Source: Cyanobacteria bacterium J06626_4 | Lineage (GTDB): Bacteria > Cyanobacteriota > Cyanobacteriia > Phormidesmidales > Phormidesmidaceae | Reading direction: 5' to 3' | Length of the DNA: 64,000 nt | Assembly: GCA_038523235.1 (NCBI GenBank) | Contig: JBCBJQ010000017.1 | Span: forward strand, 21,637 to 85,636 | In this document: positions 63,792-64,000 of the stretch, one piece after another | Numbering within the stretch: the stretch's first letter is position 1 | Layout: each line of letters starts with the position of its first letter | Notes under the pieces: generated by a model | Database searches by the model: none | What the model was told of the DNA's origin: nothing | What the model saw: the letters and a program-made list of their open reading frames with translations, nothing else | Program-made: the position numbers and the translations under genes

Positions 63792-64000
63792 CAGGAGTTA
63801 CGCATTGACAGCTGAATGAATTTGTGGGTTGAAATTCAAAGGTGTTGCATGAACCATTCCGTTGCGTATTCTGACAAAACCTTCCACCGCTCACTGCACG
63901 CTCGACCTCTACGTCCGCTACCTCCTCGCTCAACCGCAAGGTTCTGGCTGTTGCGAACTGGCTGAGATCCTCAAAACGGTGTCCCACGACAGCGTCAATC
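63792..64000 (+). mobile_element. Left end of a probable IS701-family element; transposase starts at TTG 63862 and runs off the window
   Basis: Own translation MRILTKPSTAHCTLDLYVRYLLAQPQGSGCCELAEILKTVSHDSVN (SHD motif typical of IS701). Candidate end CAGGAGTTACGCATTGAC; partner IR lies outside the window. Confidence 0.7.

Overview
A mostly core-genome window from a filamentous-type cyanobacterium (dense HIP1 octamer GCGATCGC; ntcA, pex, crtR, acsF, ndhV, psbP and a group-2 sigma factor). It holds about 50 CDS, including proB, galE, cysH, gmd, argS, sppA, aroH, pyk, radA, thrC-moaD, maf, dps and nei. I found no tRNA, rRNA or CRISPR array. Mobile DNA: a complete 1307-bp ISAzo13-like element (3143-4449; 3-bp ATA target duplication; A7 frameshift site) splits a CheB-CheR-PAS fusion gene, an IS701-like transposase starts at the right edge, and there are several small repeat or MITE-like elements, one set nested. 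Most interesting leads: (1) a fasciclin protein ending in a Pro-rich linker plus PVRGLW, in an apparent operon with two L,D-transpeptidases and followed by a DUF218 gene, a candidate cell-wall protein-anchoring system; (2) a receptor-less CheB/CheR fusion carrying its own MCP-like methylation heptads beside a kinase-less PAS protein; (3) an IscR/Rrf2-type operator upstream of thrC-moaD, suggesting a sulfur-carrier role. All family calls come from motif recognition only; no searches were run.
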